DNA of 64,000 nucleotides from Oscillospiraceae bacterium (GCA_015063385.1 SVUG01000001.1:74201-138200), one strand, 5' to 3'. Positions 1 to 12,706 are shown, counted from the first letter of the stretch. The notes: generated by a model from the sequence alone, not told the origin. Translations and numbers: made by a program.

Positions 1-1
1 G

Positions 2-274
2 ATTACCACGGACGATCAGTTCCTTTCTATCAGCTCCTCGTCTGTAAACGGAAACGTATTTGACGAGATGGAATGTGTTCACGAGGGCAGAGATATTGAA
101 ATAGGCTTCAACTGCCGCTATCTTATCAACAGCGTTAAGGTTGCAGAGGGCGAAAATATAAAGATAACCCTCAAGAGTCCCACTCAGGCTATAACTATTG
201 AGCCTGCAGAGGAGTCTGACGACTTCAAGTACTTCTACATGATTCTTCCTGTAAGAATGAACGAGCAGAAATGA
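2..274 (+). CDS. dnaN: DNA polymerase III beta subunit (sliding clamp), C-terminal fragment; 5' end outside window
   Basis: The frame is open from the window edge (ITTDDQFLSISSSSVNGNVFDEMECVHEGRDIEIGFNCRYLINSVK...ILPVRM), typical of the DnaN C-terminal domain. An ATGA stop/start overlap joins it to recF, and the dnaN-recF-gyrB synteny is classic. Confidence 0.9.
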   Translation: MTTDDQFLSISSSSVNGNVFDEMECVHEGRDIEIGFNCRYLINSVKVAEGENIKITLKSPTQAITIEPAEESDDFKYFYMILPVRMNEQK

Positions 275-1357
275 TTATAAAGAGATTCAAGGCGGAGAAT
301 TTTCGCAATATTGAAAAATGCGATATTGAATTTTCCCCCGGTGTAAATCTTCTTTACGGTAAAAACGCTCAGGGAAAAACTAATGCGATAGAAGGAATTT
401 ATCTCTTTTCAAGAGGAAAATCCTTTCGTGCGAGAGAGGACTCCGAGCTTGTGAAATTCGGAACTGACGGTTTTCGTATTTCTGTGGAATACGAGGATAG
501 GTCGGGAGACGGAAGCCTGGAATATGCACTTTTCGGCAAAGAACGGCTGCGCAAGAAAAACGGTTATAAAATAAATAAAATAACCGAAATGATAGGAAGC
601 TTTAAATGCGTGCTTTTCTACCCTGACGACCTTGGATTAGTTAAAGACGGTCCTGAGGAAAGACGAAGCTTTCTCAACGTGGCTGCATCTGCGTGTTATC
701 CTTCTTATATGAAATATTATTCAGATTACAAAAAAGCGCTTGAAAACCGCAATTGTATTCTGAAAATGATACAAAAAGGACTTTATATCGACCGTCGTGA
801 GCTTGATTCATGGTCTGAATCTATGGCGGAATATGCATCTCATATATACCTTTTCAGGCAGGACTATATAAAAAGGCTGCAAAGGTATACTAAGGTGGTT
901 ATGCTTGATATATCCGGCGGTAAAGAGGAGCTTTATATTTCTCTTGACTCGGATATTGATGACGAAATTACCGACAGACAAAGGGTACGTATGGAGTATG
1001 AGAGAATTTTATCGGAGTCGCTTGACAGAGAGATTGCCGCAGGTGTCAGCCTTTACGGTCCTCACAGAGATGATATAGAGATTAAAATAAACGGAAATAG
1101 TGCGCGTTCATTTGCTTCCCAGGGACAGCAAAGGTCTATTGTACTTTCCTTAAAGCTTGCAGAGGGCGAGGTAATAAAGGAAACGACGGGCGAGTATCCC
1201 GTATTTCTGTTTGACGACGTGCTATCCGAGCTTGATGAGGGACGCAGAGAATACGTGCTATCGGGTAAAAATGACAGACAGATAATAATTACCTCGTGCG
1301 AGCCTGATATTTGTCTTGGATACACAGACAGAGAAATTGACGTTTCAGGGGGAAAAT

Positions 1358-1377
<20 letters not shown>
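271..1377 (+). CDS. recF: DNA replication/repair protein RecF
   Basis: 368 aa with the N-terminal Walker A GKNAQGKTN, an SMC-like signature (SQGQQRS) and Walker B (VFLFDDVLSELD). It sits between dnaN and gyrB. Confidence 0.95.
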
Positions 1378-3585
<2,208 letters not shown>

Positions 3586-3597
3586 GGAGGGAGAGAA

Positions 3598-6174
3598 ATG
3601 GAACATAATTATAAAAGCAACGACATAGAATTTCCTCTCCAGAAAATAGAATCGAGAGATATGGAAAAAGAGGTAAAGCAGTCGTTTATTGAGTATTCAA
3701 TGAGCGTTATTACCTCAAGAGCGCTTCCCGACGTGCGTGACGGTATGAAGCCCGGTCAGAGAAGAATTCTCTACGCTATGTATGAGGATAATCTCACTCA
3801 CGACAAGCCCTTCAGAAAGTCAGCAACGACGGTCGGTAATGTGCTCGGTAGATACCATCCGCACGGTGATGCTGCCGTGTATGGCACTATGGTAAGAATG
3901 GCGCAGGATTTCTCGCTCCGTTATCCTCTTATAGAGGGACACGGAAATTTCGGTAACGTTGACGGTGACGGTGCTGCTGCATACCGTTATACCGAGGCGA
4001 GAATGGCAAAAATCGCCGACTTTATGATGAGTGATATCGAGAAGAACGTCGTTCCTATGACGAGAAACTTCGATAACACGAGAAACGAGCCTATCGTACT
4101 TCCCTCAAGACTTCCTAACCTGCTTGTTAACGGCTCGGTTGGTATTGCGGTTGGTATGGCAACAAATATTCCGCCTCATAATCTCACTGAGGTTATAGAC
4201 GGTATAGTGTATAGAATTGATAACCCTGAATGTACGGTTGACGACCTTATGATGTTCATTAAGGGTCCCGACTTCCCTACCGCTGCAGTAATTTACGGTT
4301 CACGAGGTATTCGTGAGGCGTATGAAACCGGCAGAGGCAAGGTTTATATCCGTGCAAGAGCAACCATTGAGGACGAGCACAGAAGAATTATCTTCACCGA
4401 GATTCCTTATATGGTTAATAAGTCAATGCTTATCGAGAGCATGGCTAATCTTGTTAAGGACAAGAAAATTGAGGGTATTACAGGTCTGCGTGACGAATCA
4501 GGCAGAGGCGGTATGAGAATAGTCGTTGAATATCGCCGCGATGCTAACGCAGAGGTAATTCTCAATCAGCTTTATAAGTACACACAGCTTCAGGATACCT
4601 GCTCTGTAAATATGCTCGTTATAGACGGCGGAGAGCCAAAAACGCTTAATTTGCCAACTATACTTGACAAATATATAGGTTTCCAAAAGGAAGTTATAGA
4701 AAAGAGAACAAAATTTGACCTTGATAAAGCACTTCGTGAGATACATATTCTTGAAGGATACAGAATTGCAACAGAGAATATCGACGAGGTTATTAAGATT
4801 ATCAAGGGGTCGGCGTCAATTCCCGATGCTAAAGCATCTTTGTGCGATAGATTCGGTCTTACCGACGTACAGGCACAGGCTATCGTAGAAATGACGCTCG
4901 GAAAGCTTTCAGGACTTGAAAGGCAAAAGGTTGAGGACAGAATTGCAAAGCTTGAGGAAATTATTGCAGAGCTTCGTTCTATTCTTGCCGACGAGGAAAA
5001 GCTCAAGGGTATCCTTAAGGGCGAGCTTGAGGAAATCAAGCGTAAGTACGGTGACGAGCGTCGTTCAGAGCTCACCGAGGCTACTGAGGAAATTGACCTT
5101 GAGGACCTTATTGAAAGACACACCTGTGTAATTACGGTTTCTCACACCGGTTATATCAAGCGTCAGCGTGCTGACGTTTACTCTGCACAGAACAGAGGCG
5201 GTAAGGGTATCATTGGTATGACCACTAAGGAAGATGACTTTGTTGAGGACGTTATAGTTGCAAACAGCCACTCTTACCTTATGTTCTTCACCAACAAGGG
5301 CAGAGTTTATGCAAAGAAGGCGTACAGAATTCCCGAGGCTTCAAGAACTGCCAAGGGTACTAACCTCGTTAACATTATCGAGCTTAATGAGGGTGAGTTT
5401 GTGACTGCTATTATTCCTATTGCAGAGTTCACCGAGGGTGAGTATCTTACAATGGTGACTAAGCTCGGTGTAATTAAGAGAACCCTGCTCTCCGAGTTTG
5501 AGTACCAGAGAAAGAGCGGAAAGATTGCTATAAATCTCGACGTTGGCGACGAGCTTATCTTCGTAAGACACACTACGGGTGACGAATCACTCATTCTTGC
5601 AACCCGTGACGGACTTGCAGTAAGATTTGACGAGAACAACGTTCGTTCTATGGGACGCGGTGCAAGAGGTGTTAAGGGTATTACGCTTATGGGCGACGAC
5701 GTGGTCGTTGGCGTATGTGTAGTTGACGATGAAAAAACGCTCCTTACCATAACCGAGAACGGTATGGGTAAGAGAACGCTATTCTCCGATTTCCGCGAAA
5801 TGAAGCACAGAGGCGGTAAGGGTGTCACCTGTCATAATATCAGTGAAAAGACGGGTAAGCTTGCATCTATCATAACCGTTTCAGAGGACGACGATATAAT
5901 GCTTATTACAAACGAGGGTACTATTATAAGAACCAGTGTATCGGGCATTAACGTTTACTCAAGAACTGCAAGCGGTGTTATTCTTATGAGACTTGCAGAG
6001 GGCTCGGTAATAAACAACGTTGCACGCATTGAGCGCGACGACGAGATAGAAAAGCAGAGCGAGGCAGTTGAAAAGGAAATTGAAAATTCCCCTGCACCGC
6101 AAAAAAACGAACAGGCAGTCGAAAATGACGAGCCGACAGAGGTAGATTCTCCCGAGACGGAAGAAAGCTTCTGA
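3598..6174 (+). CDS. gyrA: DNA gyrase subunit A
   Basis: 858 aa with QRDR-like [20 protein letters not shown], the active-site Tyr context [12 protein letters not shown]-terminal beta-pinwheel repeats and an acidic tail. Confidence 0.97.
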   Translation: MEHNYKSNDIEFPLQKIESRDMEKEVKQSFIEYSMSVITSRALPDVRDGMKPGQRRILYAMYEDNLTHDKPFRKSATTVGNVLGRYHPHGDAAVYGTMVRMAQDFSLRYPLIEGHGNFGNVDGDGAAAYRYTEARMAKIADFMMSDIEKNVVPMTRNFDNTRNEPIVLPSRLPNLLVNGSVGIAVGMATNIPPHNLTEVIDGIVYRIDNPECTVDDLMMFIKGPDFPTAAVIYGSRGIREAYETGRGKVYIRARATIEDEHRRIIFTEIPYMVNKSMLIESMANLVKDKKIEGITGLRDESGRGGMRIVVEYRRDANAEVILNQLYKYTQLQDTCSVNMLVIDGGEPKTLNLPTILDKYIGFQKEVIEKRTKFDLDKALREIHILEGYRIATENIDEVIKIIKGSASIPDAKASLCDRFGLTDVQAQAIVEMTLGKLSGLERQKVEDRIAKLEEIIAELRSILADEEKLKGILKGELEEIKRKYGDERRSELTEATEEIDLEDLIERHTCVITVSHTGYIKRQRADVYSAQNRGGKGIIGMTTKEDDFVEDVIVANSHSYLMFFTNKGRVYAKKAYRIPEASRTAKGTNLVNIIELNEGEFVTAIIPIAEFTEGEYLTMVTKLGVIKRTLLSEFEYQRKSGKIAINLDVGDELIFVRHTTGDESLILATRDGLAVRFDENNVRSMGRGARGVKGITLMGDDVVVGVCVVDDEKTLLTITENGMGKRTLFSDFREMKHRGGKGVTCHNISEKTGKLASIITVSEDDDIMLITNEGTIIRTSVSGINVYSRTASGVILMRLAEGSVINNVARIERDDEIEKQSEAVEKEIENSPAPQKNEQAVENDEPTEVDSPETEESF

Positions 6175-6243
6175 TTTTTATAAAATTAAAATAAAAAAAT
6201 AAAAATAAAAAATCCGCCGTATAGGCGGTAAGGAGGATTTACC

Positions 6244-6786
6244 ATGACATTCAAGGAAAAACTCGTTATACTCAGAAAGTCCAAGGGTCTTACTCAGGAT
6301 GAGTTTGCAAGCGCAGTAGGCGTTTCAAGACAGGCAGTTTATAAATGGGAGTGCGGCCAGTCCTATCCCGAAGTACCCAAGCTTCTTGAAATGAAGCTTC
6401 TCTTCACCATCTCTATTGATGAGCTTCTTGATGACAGCTACGACATTCCTGTTCCTGAAAAGAAGAAGAGAAAGAGAATTTCCAAGGACGCTCAAAAGAA
6501 GATTGAGGAGAGCGTTGAAAAGGAAATTAAGATTCCTGTAGCAAAAGCAGCACCTAAAGCGGCTCCTAAGGAAGATACCGAGGTAAAGGCAGAGCCTAAG
6601 GCAGCACCTGAGATTAACTACGTTCCCGAGCTTAAGACCTCTAGCATTCATATTCCAAAGGCAGAGGAAATTGTTGCTCCCGTTAAAGAGGTAGAGAGTG
6701 CTCCTGCTCCCGAAGCAGTTTCTGAGCCAGCTACAGAAGAACCCACCAAGAAGGGCGGCTTCTTCGGTCTTTTCAGAAGAAAGTAA
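6244..6786 (+). CDS. XRE-family helix-turn-helix protein with a Pro/Ala/Lys-rich linker and a short amphipathic C-terminal tail
   Basis: The N-terminus LRKSKGLTQDEFASAVGVSRQAVYKWECGQSYP is a Cro/C1-type HTH. It is followed by a low-complexity PKAAP-rich region and ends in KKGGFFGLFRRK. The RBS is strong (TAAGGAGG). Confidence 0.8.
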   Translation: MTFKEKLVILRKSKGLTQDEFASAVGVSRQAVYKWECGQSYPEVPKLLEMKLLFTISIDELLDDSYDIPVPEKKKRKRISKDAQKKIEESVEKEIKIPVAKAAPKAAPKEDTEVKAEPKAAPEINYVPELKTSSIHIPKAEEIVAPVKEVESAPAPEAVSEPATEEPTKKGGFFGLFRRK

Positions 6787-6895
6787 TTTTAAAGTAAACA
6801 AAAGTTTTAAAAACCCTCATAATACACCTAAAACAGATGAATATAACGCTTTTTTGTGGTTAAAATTTTTACATAAATGAAAAGGCGGATAATTT

Positions 6896-7183
6896 GTGAG
6901 AGGGTATCAGAAAAAGGTAATTTTCTTAAAAAACACGGGCAGTCATCTTTTTGACGAGGCGTATTTTGTTATGAGCCGCGAGGGCGAGGAGGCTGCTATC
7001 GATCAAAGCGATATGGTTTTTGAGGCAAATCGGATTATAAACGAAAGTCTTGGAGGCCGTGAGTCGAGAATAGGAAGGGAAAGAGGAGGAAAAAGAGCTT
7101 TTCTCATTCCCTTCCTTATCGGCGCGATCTTTTCAGTCGCGCTTATGATTATAGTATATTCGGTTATACTTTTATTTAAATAG
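6896..7183 (+). CDS. Hypothetical small tail-anchored membrane protein
   Basis: 95 aa from a GTG start with a weak RBS. It has a soluble N-terminus and one C-terminal TM helix (FLIPFLIGAIFSVALMIIVYSVILLF). I recognise no family. Confidence 0.45.
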   Translation: MRGYQKKVIFLKNTGSHLFDEAYFVMSREGEEAAIDQSDMVFEANRIINESLGGRESRIGRERGGKRAFLIPFLIGAIFSVALMIIVYSVILLFK

Positions 7184-7236
7184 CAAACACATTACATTAA
7201 TTTGAAAATAACACTTTAATTTTGGATAAATATATT

Positions 7237-8925
7237 ATGAAAAAAGAAAATAAGAGAGGAGCAGTAGGTACAAAGCTTCGCGTTATGTCGCTTGGCGGAC
7301 TTCAGGAAATCGGAAAAAATATGACGGTTTTTGAGTACGGTGACGATATAATCGTAGTTGATGCAGGTCTTGGATTTCCCGATGACGAGATGCTCGGTGT
7401 TGACCTCGTCATACCTGATATTTCCTACCTCGTGAAGAATGCCCACAAGATTCGCGGTATTCTTATCACACACGGTCACGAGGACCATATTGGAGCAATT
7501 CCCTACGTTCTTCAGCAAATTAACGTTCCAATTTACGGAACGCGTCTTTCCCTTGGAATTATTGAGGGAAAGATTGACGAAAATCCCCCGCCATTTGAGC
7601 CTGAGCTTTATACAGTTGAGGCGGGCGACGTCATAAATCTTGGCGTATTCAAGGCCGAGTTCGTACACGTTAACCACTCTATTGCCGATGCCTGCGCAAT
7701 TTCTCTTAAGACTCCCGTTGGCACGGTATTCCATACAGGTGATTTTAAGCTTGACGTTTCTCCTATTGACGGTAAAATGATGGATTTGACCAGAATAGGA
7801 GAGATAGGCAAGGCCGGTGTCACTCTGCTTCTTTGCGAATCGACTAATGCCGAGCGTCCCGGCTTTACTGCTTCGGAGCGTACGGTTGGCTCATCGCTTG
7901 AGAGAATTTTCGCGCAATACACAGATCGCCGACTTATTATCACCACGTTTTCATCTAACATTCACCGCGTTCAGCAGATAATCAACACAAGCTACAAGCA
8001 TGGCAGAAAGGTTGCCGTTATCGGCAGAAGCATGATAAACGTCATTGGTGCTGCTGCAGAGCTTGGATATATGGAGCTTCCGGACGGAGTTTTGATTGAC
8101 ATAAACGATATAAAGCGCTATAAGCCGGAGGAGTTGACACTGATTACCACAGGAAGTCAGGGTGAGCCTATGTCTGCTCTTTACAGAATTGCTTTCAGCG
8201 AGCACGATAAGGTTAAAATAAGTCCTCGCGACGTCGTTGTTCTCTCGTCAAGCGCAATTCCCGGCAACGAAAAGCTCGTTGGAAAGATTATAAATGCTCT
8301 TATTAAGAACGGAGTCAAGGTTGTTAACGATTCTACCGAGGACGTTCACGTTTCAGGCCACGCCTGCCGCGAGGAAATCAAGCTTATGATGGCGCTTCTA
8401 AAGCCTAAATACCTGATGCCTATTCACGGTGAGTACAGACATCTTTACGCAAATAAGGATATAGGCGAGTTTATGGGAATACCCAGCGAAAATATCTTCG
8501 TTTCCGAATTAGGAAAGGTGCTGGAGATTGACCGCAAGGGTGCGCGCTTTGCAGGAACTGAAACTGCAGGTAAGGTGCTTATCGACGGCTCGGGAATCGG
8601 TGATATCGGTAGCGTTGTGCTTCGTGATAGAAAGCATCTTTCCGAGGACGGTTTGGTTGTCGTCGTTGCTACCATTGATATGAACGACCAAATTATTGTT
8701 TCAGGACCTGACATCGTATCGCGTGGATTCGTTTACGTAAAGGAATCGGAGGAGCTGATGCATAGGGCGCGCGATATTGCAGAAAAATCTCTGGAGAGAG
8801 CGATGTCCAAGCGCTACGGCGACAGAACCTACTTAAAGGGCGTAATCAAGGACGACCTCGCAAAGTTTATCTATAAGGAAACCAAGCGTAAGCCCATGAT
8901 ACTCCCGGTAATAATGGATATATGA
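7237..8925 (+). CDS. rnj: Ribonuclease J
   Basis: It has the beta-lactamase/beta-CASP fold with motif HGHEDHIGA and the N-terminus LGGLQEIGKNMTVF typical of RNase J1/J2. The ATG at 7237 is preferred over the TTG at 7222. Confidence 0.93.
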   Translation: MKKENKRGAVGTKLRVMSLGGLQEIGKNMTVFEYGDDIIVVDAGLGFPDDEMLGVDLVIPDISYLVKNAHKIRGILITHGHEDHIGAIPYVLQQINVPIYGTRLSLGIIEGKIDENPPPFEPELYTVEAGDVINLGVFKAEFVHVNHSIADACAISLKTPVGTVFHTGDFKLDVSPIDGKMMDLTRIGEIGKAGVTLLLCESTNAERPGFTASERTVGSSLERIFAQYTDRRLIITTFSSNIHRVQQIINTSYKHGRKVAVIGRSMINVIGAAAELGYMELPDGVLIDINDIKRYKPEELTLITTGSQGEPMSALYRIAFSEHDKVKISPRDVVVLSSSAIPGNEKLVGKIINALIKNGVKVVNDSTEDVHVSGHACREEIKLMMALLKPKYLMPIHGEYRHLYANKDIGEFMGIPSENIFVSELGKVLEIDRKGARFAGTETAGKVLIDGSGIGDIGSVVLRDRKHLSEDGLVVVVATIDMNDQIIVSGPDIVSRGFVYVKESEELMHRARDIAEKSLERAMSKRYGDRTYLKGVIKDDLAKFIYKETKRKPMILPVIMDI

Positions 8926-9614
8926 TTTACACTGTTATATCAGATATAAATAATTTTAAATCAGCACTAGAGAGTGTACAAAAAAGGGACTGTCACGATA
9001 AGTGGCAGCCCCTGACTCTTATTCCCAATAATGTTATTTTGTACATAGAAAACGGCAGGAGTGATGAGGTTAAGCTAGAGCGCTTAACCGCTTACTCTAC
9101 ACTGTTTTTTGCTCTTTTTGAGCTTTATGGCAAAAATGATGTCGGGCTTTGCCGTACAGACTCAGGCAAGCCTTATCTTGTAGAGAATGGTGAGGCGTCA
9201 AAAATACGTGTCAGCCTCTCTCACAGTGACGGATTGGTAGCGGTTGCACTCTCGGACGAGTGCGAGATTGGTGTGGATATACAGAGCGAGATTGAAGATA
9301 GCCGTGCAGAAAGGCTTGAAAAAAGATTTTTCGCTGATATAAATATAAAGGAAGAGTTTTTCTCGCAAAAGCTTTTGTACCTGAATTTTTCTGATAGTGA
9401 TACAAGGCTTTCAGAGATGGAAAAGCTCGAGAAGTGCAGCTCAGGCTTTACGGAAAAATGGGCATATTGCGAATCACTCTTAAAGTGTGAAGGCGGCGGC
9501 TTTGGAGACCTTAAAAGAATTCAAAAAATTCAGAAAAAAACTAAAACACAAACGGTAAAAATAAATCAAAATTCCAAGCAATTTGCTTTATCAACAACAA
9601 TAAAAATGCTATAA
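8922..9614 (+). CDS. Sfp-type 4'-phosphopantetheinyl transferase
   Basis: GKPYL...VSLSHSDGLVAVALSDECEIGVDIQ and FTEKWAYCESLLKCEGG align with Sfp GKP...FNISHSG...GIDIE and FYHLWSMKESFIKQEG (Sfp sequence recalled from memory). The start overlaps the rnj stop (ATGA). Confidence 0.75.
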   Translation: MIYTVISDINNFKSALESVQKRDCHDKWQPLTLIPNNVILYIENGRSDEVKLERLTAYSTLFFALFELYGKNDVGLCRTDSGKPYLVENGEASKIRVSLSHSDGLVAVALSDECEIGVDIQSEIEDSRAERLEKRFFADINIKEEFFSQKLLYLNFSDSDTRLSEMEKLEKCSSGFTEKWAYCESLLKCEGGGFGDLKRIQKIQKKTKTQTVKINQNSKQFALSTTIKML

Positions 9615-9648
9615 TGTAAATTAAACATTACATTATAGCACTTTTATA

Positions 9649-10203
9649 TTAAATAAGATTATTTATAAGGTTGAGTAATTCAGGAATTATCAAAATAATA
9701 CAGATATAAATTGCAACAAGTAAAACACAGAAAAGAATGGTGTTGACAACAGATGGAGCAGGGACGTCCACTATCTTTTTTGCGTCATCAAGAGTACTTT
9801 CGTTAAGATAAAATTTAGCTTCCTCAAAGTTAATTTTTTCTTCCTTAAAATCCTTTGATTTAATAAGAGCGCTGTATTCCTCATAGGTATACTGCTTTTC
9901 CCCTGCCCTTTTGACAACCTGCAAAAGTCGCTTATCAGAGCGAAGAGAAAGTCGTGTGCCAAAATTATCTGCATCTAACTCGGAGAGTGTTTTAGCTTTA
10001 TCTTCACTTAGAACCTCGTGGCGAAGAAGCTTTTTAATTATTAAAATCATAGACGCACGTCTGTAATTTATAATTACCGTCACAATTATAAGACCTACGA
10101 GAAAACAAAATAAAATCTTTGAAATCTCAAGGTCAATACCAATGTTAGAATAATCGTTAAGATTGATAGATAAGTATTTGTTGTAGAACTCGTAAAGGGT
10201 CAT
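9649..10203 (-). CDS. Hypothetical two-TM membrane protein
   Basis: 184 aa from the ATG at 10203, which has a GGAGA RBS. TM helices sit near the N- and C-termini around a charged central region. The longer ORF-track start (10335) would run through the upstream terminator and gene. Confidence 0.55.
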   Translation of the reverse strand: MTLYEFYNKYLSINLNDYSNIGIDLEISKILFCFLVGLIIVTVIINYRRASMILIIKKLLRHEVLSEDKAKTLSELDADNFGTRLSLRSDKRLLQVVKRAGEKQYTYEEYSALIKSKDFKEEKINFEEAKFYLNESTLDDAKKIVDVPAPSVVNTILFCVLLVAIYICIILIIPELLNLINNLI

Positions 10204-10297
10204 AAAACCATCTCCCGCGTTTTGATACTTATAGTATACCTTTTTTAGATAGATATTTCTATAACAAAATATAAAGAAATTTTGAACAAATGAGAAA

Positions 10298-10318
10298 AAG
10301 GCACCTAAAAGATGCCTT
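10298..10318 (-). terminator. Putative intrinsic terminator overlapping the DUF4186 stop codon
   Basis: On the minus strand: AAGGCA, a 9-nt loop, TGCCTT, then TTTTCTC. Confidence 0.45.
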
Positions 10319-10664
10319 TTTGATTTTCTATCCAAGCCATAAGAAGATTAACGATTCTTTCCTGCTCTGAGCTTGTCAGTTCCCTGCCCTTTGGAATTCT
10401 ATACCACTTTTCAAGACAGCCGCGACAGCAGCACGCAGTAGCGTGCATTGCTTTAAAAATGGGATGTCCGTGCATTGGCGTTTGCCTGCCATCGTTTTTA
10501 GGATTTGCAGGTGCAAGCCTTGTACTTATAAAATCAAAAGCGTGAGTCCTGATTAAGTCAATTCCCTTTGCGTTTATGTATTCCTTATCTTTTTTAGTAA
10601 GCTTAAAGCTCGAGCGGAATTTTGAGTGGCTTAATCTATAAAGTGCTTGTTCAGTGCTTTGCAT
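10305..10664 (-). CDS. DUF4186 family protein
   Basis: The conserved core ...RLAPANPKNDGRQTPMHGHPIFKAMHATACCCRGCLEKWYRIPKGRELT matches my recollection of DUF4186. The start is ambiguous: ATG 10664, or GTG 10697 overlapping parB. Confidence 0.65.
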   Translation of the reverse strand: MQSTEQALYRLSHSKFRSSFKLTKKDKEYINAKGIDLIRTHAFDFISTRLAPANPKNDGRQTPMHGHPIFKAMHATACCCRGCLEKWYRIPKGRELTSSEQERIVNLLMAWIENQKGIF

Positions 10665-10668
10665 AAAA

Positions 10669-11559
10669 TCAGATTTCGTCAAGGAATCCGTCGCCACAAA
10701 GAAGCTTGAGAATCTCGTCGAGGTCCTCGTTATCCTCGTAGGAGAGAGTTATAGTTTTCTTTCTTCCCTTTCCGTCAATCTTTACCTTTCTGCCGAGGTG
10801 CGACTGCACTCTGATTTCAAGCTCGCGGAAATAATCAACAATAGGAAGCTCCTCCTCTTCAGCCTTCGGTTTTTCGGGCTTATTTAGGCGCTTAACCTCC
10901 TCCTCAAGAACTCTTACGGAGAGGTCGTTTTCTACTGCAAGCTGCGCGAGAAGTATCATATTATCACGGTTATTAAGACCAAGCAAGGTTCTCGCGTGAC
11001 CGGCACTGAGCTCCTTAGATGCAACGAGCGTCAGAACCTCGTCAGGAAGGTCGAGAAGTCGCATAGTATTGGCGATTGCACTACGGCTCTTGCCTACCTT
11101 CTGGGAAAGCTCTTCCTGAGTCATATCATACTCCTCTGCAAGAGATTTGTATGCAAGCGCTTCTTCAAGTGGGTTGAGGTCCTCGCGCTGAATATTCTCA
11201 ATTAGAGCAATTTCCGCAGCCTTTTTATCGTCTTTTTCAATGATTATAGCAGGAATTTCAGAGAGTCCTGCAAGCTTAGAGGCTCTGAAACGGCGCTCAC
11301 CGGCTATAATCTGGTATCTTCCCTCACCGTACTCACGCACGAGAATCGGCTGAAGAAGTCCGTTTTCAGAAATAGAAGCAGCAAGCTGTTCAAGGGCTTC
11401 CTTGTCAAAATACTTTCTGGGCTGGTCGCGCTTAGGGTCAACAAGAGAGAGCTTTAGGCTTGAAATTCTATCCTCTCCGCCTGCGTTTTCTTCAGATATT
11501 GAATTATCAAGAAATATTGCATCAAGACCTCTACCTAGGCCGCTGTTTTTCTTTGCCAT
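10669..11559 (-). CDS. parB: Chromosome partitioning protein ParB/Spo0J
   Basis: 296 aa with the N-terminal GLGRGLDAIF motif, ParB box LLQPILVRE...YQIIAGERRFRA and an HTH (TQEELSQKVGKSRSAIANTMRLL). Confidence 0.93.
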   Translation of the reverse strand: MAKKNSGLGRGLDAIFLDNSISEENAGGEDRISSLKLSLVDPKRDQPRKYFDKEALEQLAASISENGLLQPILVREYGEGRYQIIAGERRFRASKLAGLSEIPAIIIEKDDKKAAEIALIENIQREDLNPLEEALAYKSLAEEYDMTQEELSQKVGKSRSAIANTMRLLDLPDEVLTLVASKELSAGHARTLLGLNNRDNMILLAQLAVENDLSVRVLEEEVKRLNKPEKPKAEEEELPIVDYFRELEIRVQSHLGRKVKIDGKGRKKTITLSYEDNEDLDEILKLLCGDGFLDEI

Positions 11560-11773
11560 AATAAATCTCCTTTTGTAATAACTTTGATGTTAACAGGTCA
11601 AAAAATAATACAAACATATGTTTTATGTTTAATAACTAATTTAATTCAAATTCTTGCTTTTTCAACACTGCTAACAATTTAAATGTGGAAATATTTTGTA
11701 TAATAAAGGTAAAAAATGTCAAAAAATCACTAATAATGGTAAAATATGGTAATATTTTAAATAATTTTATATG

Positions 11774-12535
11774 CTAAATGCGCATCATAAGCTCTTTTGC
11801 TACCGCAGCATACTCAAGAGAACCCTTACCGTACGGATCATGATAGCATATCGGCTCACCGTAGCCGGGCGCTTCAGAAATTCTGACAGTTCTGGAAATC
11901 GGAACCTTAAATAGCTTGTCTGCATAGTACTTTTTAAGCTCTGCAACAACTTGATTTGTCAAAGTAAGCCTTCCGTTATACATTGTAAGCAGAATTCCAA
12001 CTATCTGAAGACCTGGATTATACATAGTTTTTATCTTTTTAACTGTATTTAAAAGCTGCGACATACCCTCAAGCGAGTAAAATTCACACTGCATAGGAAC
12101 GACTATGCCATCTGAAATGGACAAAGCCTTTACAGTAAGCATTCCAAGCGAGGGGGGGCAGTCTATAAATATGTAATCAAAGTCATCTTTTATAGAATCA
12201 AGTGCAATTTTTGTGAAATTAGTGCCTCCTTCAAGCTCGGGAAGCTCAACTTCTGCGCCTGCAAGCTCAATATTTGCCGGAATAACAGATAAATTTCTGA
12301 ATTTAGTCTTAATAATTGCCTCTTCTGCACTACAGCGACCGATAATAACGTCGTATATAGTGTTTTTAATCTTGGATTTCTGCAAACCGAGTCCACTGGT
12401 GGCGTTTCCCTGTGGATCCATATCTATCATAAGAACCTTTTTGCCCTTATTTGCGATTTGCGCGGAAATATTCACACAAGAGGTTGTTTTACCTACACCG
12501 CCCTTTTGGTTAGAAAAAGATACTATTTTAGCCAT
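11774..12535 (-). CDS. parA: Chromosome partitioning ATPase ParA/Soj
   Basis: 253 aa with the deviant Walker A NQKGGVGKTT, typical of Soj/ParA. Confidence 0.93.
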   Translation of the reverse strand: MAKIVSFSNQKGGVGKTTSCVNISAQIANKGKKVLMIDMDPQGNATSGLGLQKSKIKNTIYDVIIGRCSAEEAIIKTKFRNLSVIPANIELAGAEVELPELEGGTNFTKIALDSIKDDFDYIFIDCPPSLGMLTVKALSISDGIVVPMQCEFYSLEGMSQLLNTVKKIKTMYNPGLQIVGILLTMYNGRLTLTNQVVAELKKYYADKLFKVPISRTVRISEAPGYGEPICYHDPYGKGSLEYAAVAKELMMRI

Positions 12536-12607
12536 TCTTTCCTCCGTTTTAACGTTTTGACTATCCTCGAATATACTTTTTAGCCAAAAACCCTTTTATT
12601 CGTTATT

Positions 12608-12636
12608 ATTATACTATAATTCATAGAAAAAGTCAA
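12608..12636 (-). promoter_or_regulatory. Sigma-A-type promoter for parA
   Basis: On the minus strand: TTGACT (12636-12631), 17 nt, TATAAT (12613-12608), about 70 nt upstream of the parA ATG. Confidence 0.6.
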
Positions 12637-12672
12637 TGATTTATCAGTATATATAATAAATTTAACAATTTT

Positions 12673-12688
12673 TGTTTCACGTGAAACA
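12673..12688. promoter_or_regulatory. parS: parS site 1 (ParB binding site)
   Basis: TGTTTCACGTGAAACA is a perfect palindromic match to the Firmicute parS consensus tGTTNCACGTGAAACa. Confidence 0.9.
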
Positions 12689-12706
12689 TACTAATTTGCA
12701 TTTTCC

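Noticed and set aside
6214-6228. Small hairpin CCGCC-GTATA-GGCGG after gyrA as a terminator
   Set aside because: The stem is only 5 bp and no U-run follows on the plus strand; it runs straight into the RBS of the next gene. It is too weak to call.
9649-10335. The longer 228-aa version of the membrane-protein ORF
   Set aside because: The upstream extension overlaps the DUF4186 3' end and its terminator hairpin. The internal ATG at 10203 has a GGAGA RBS.
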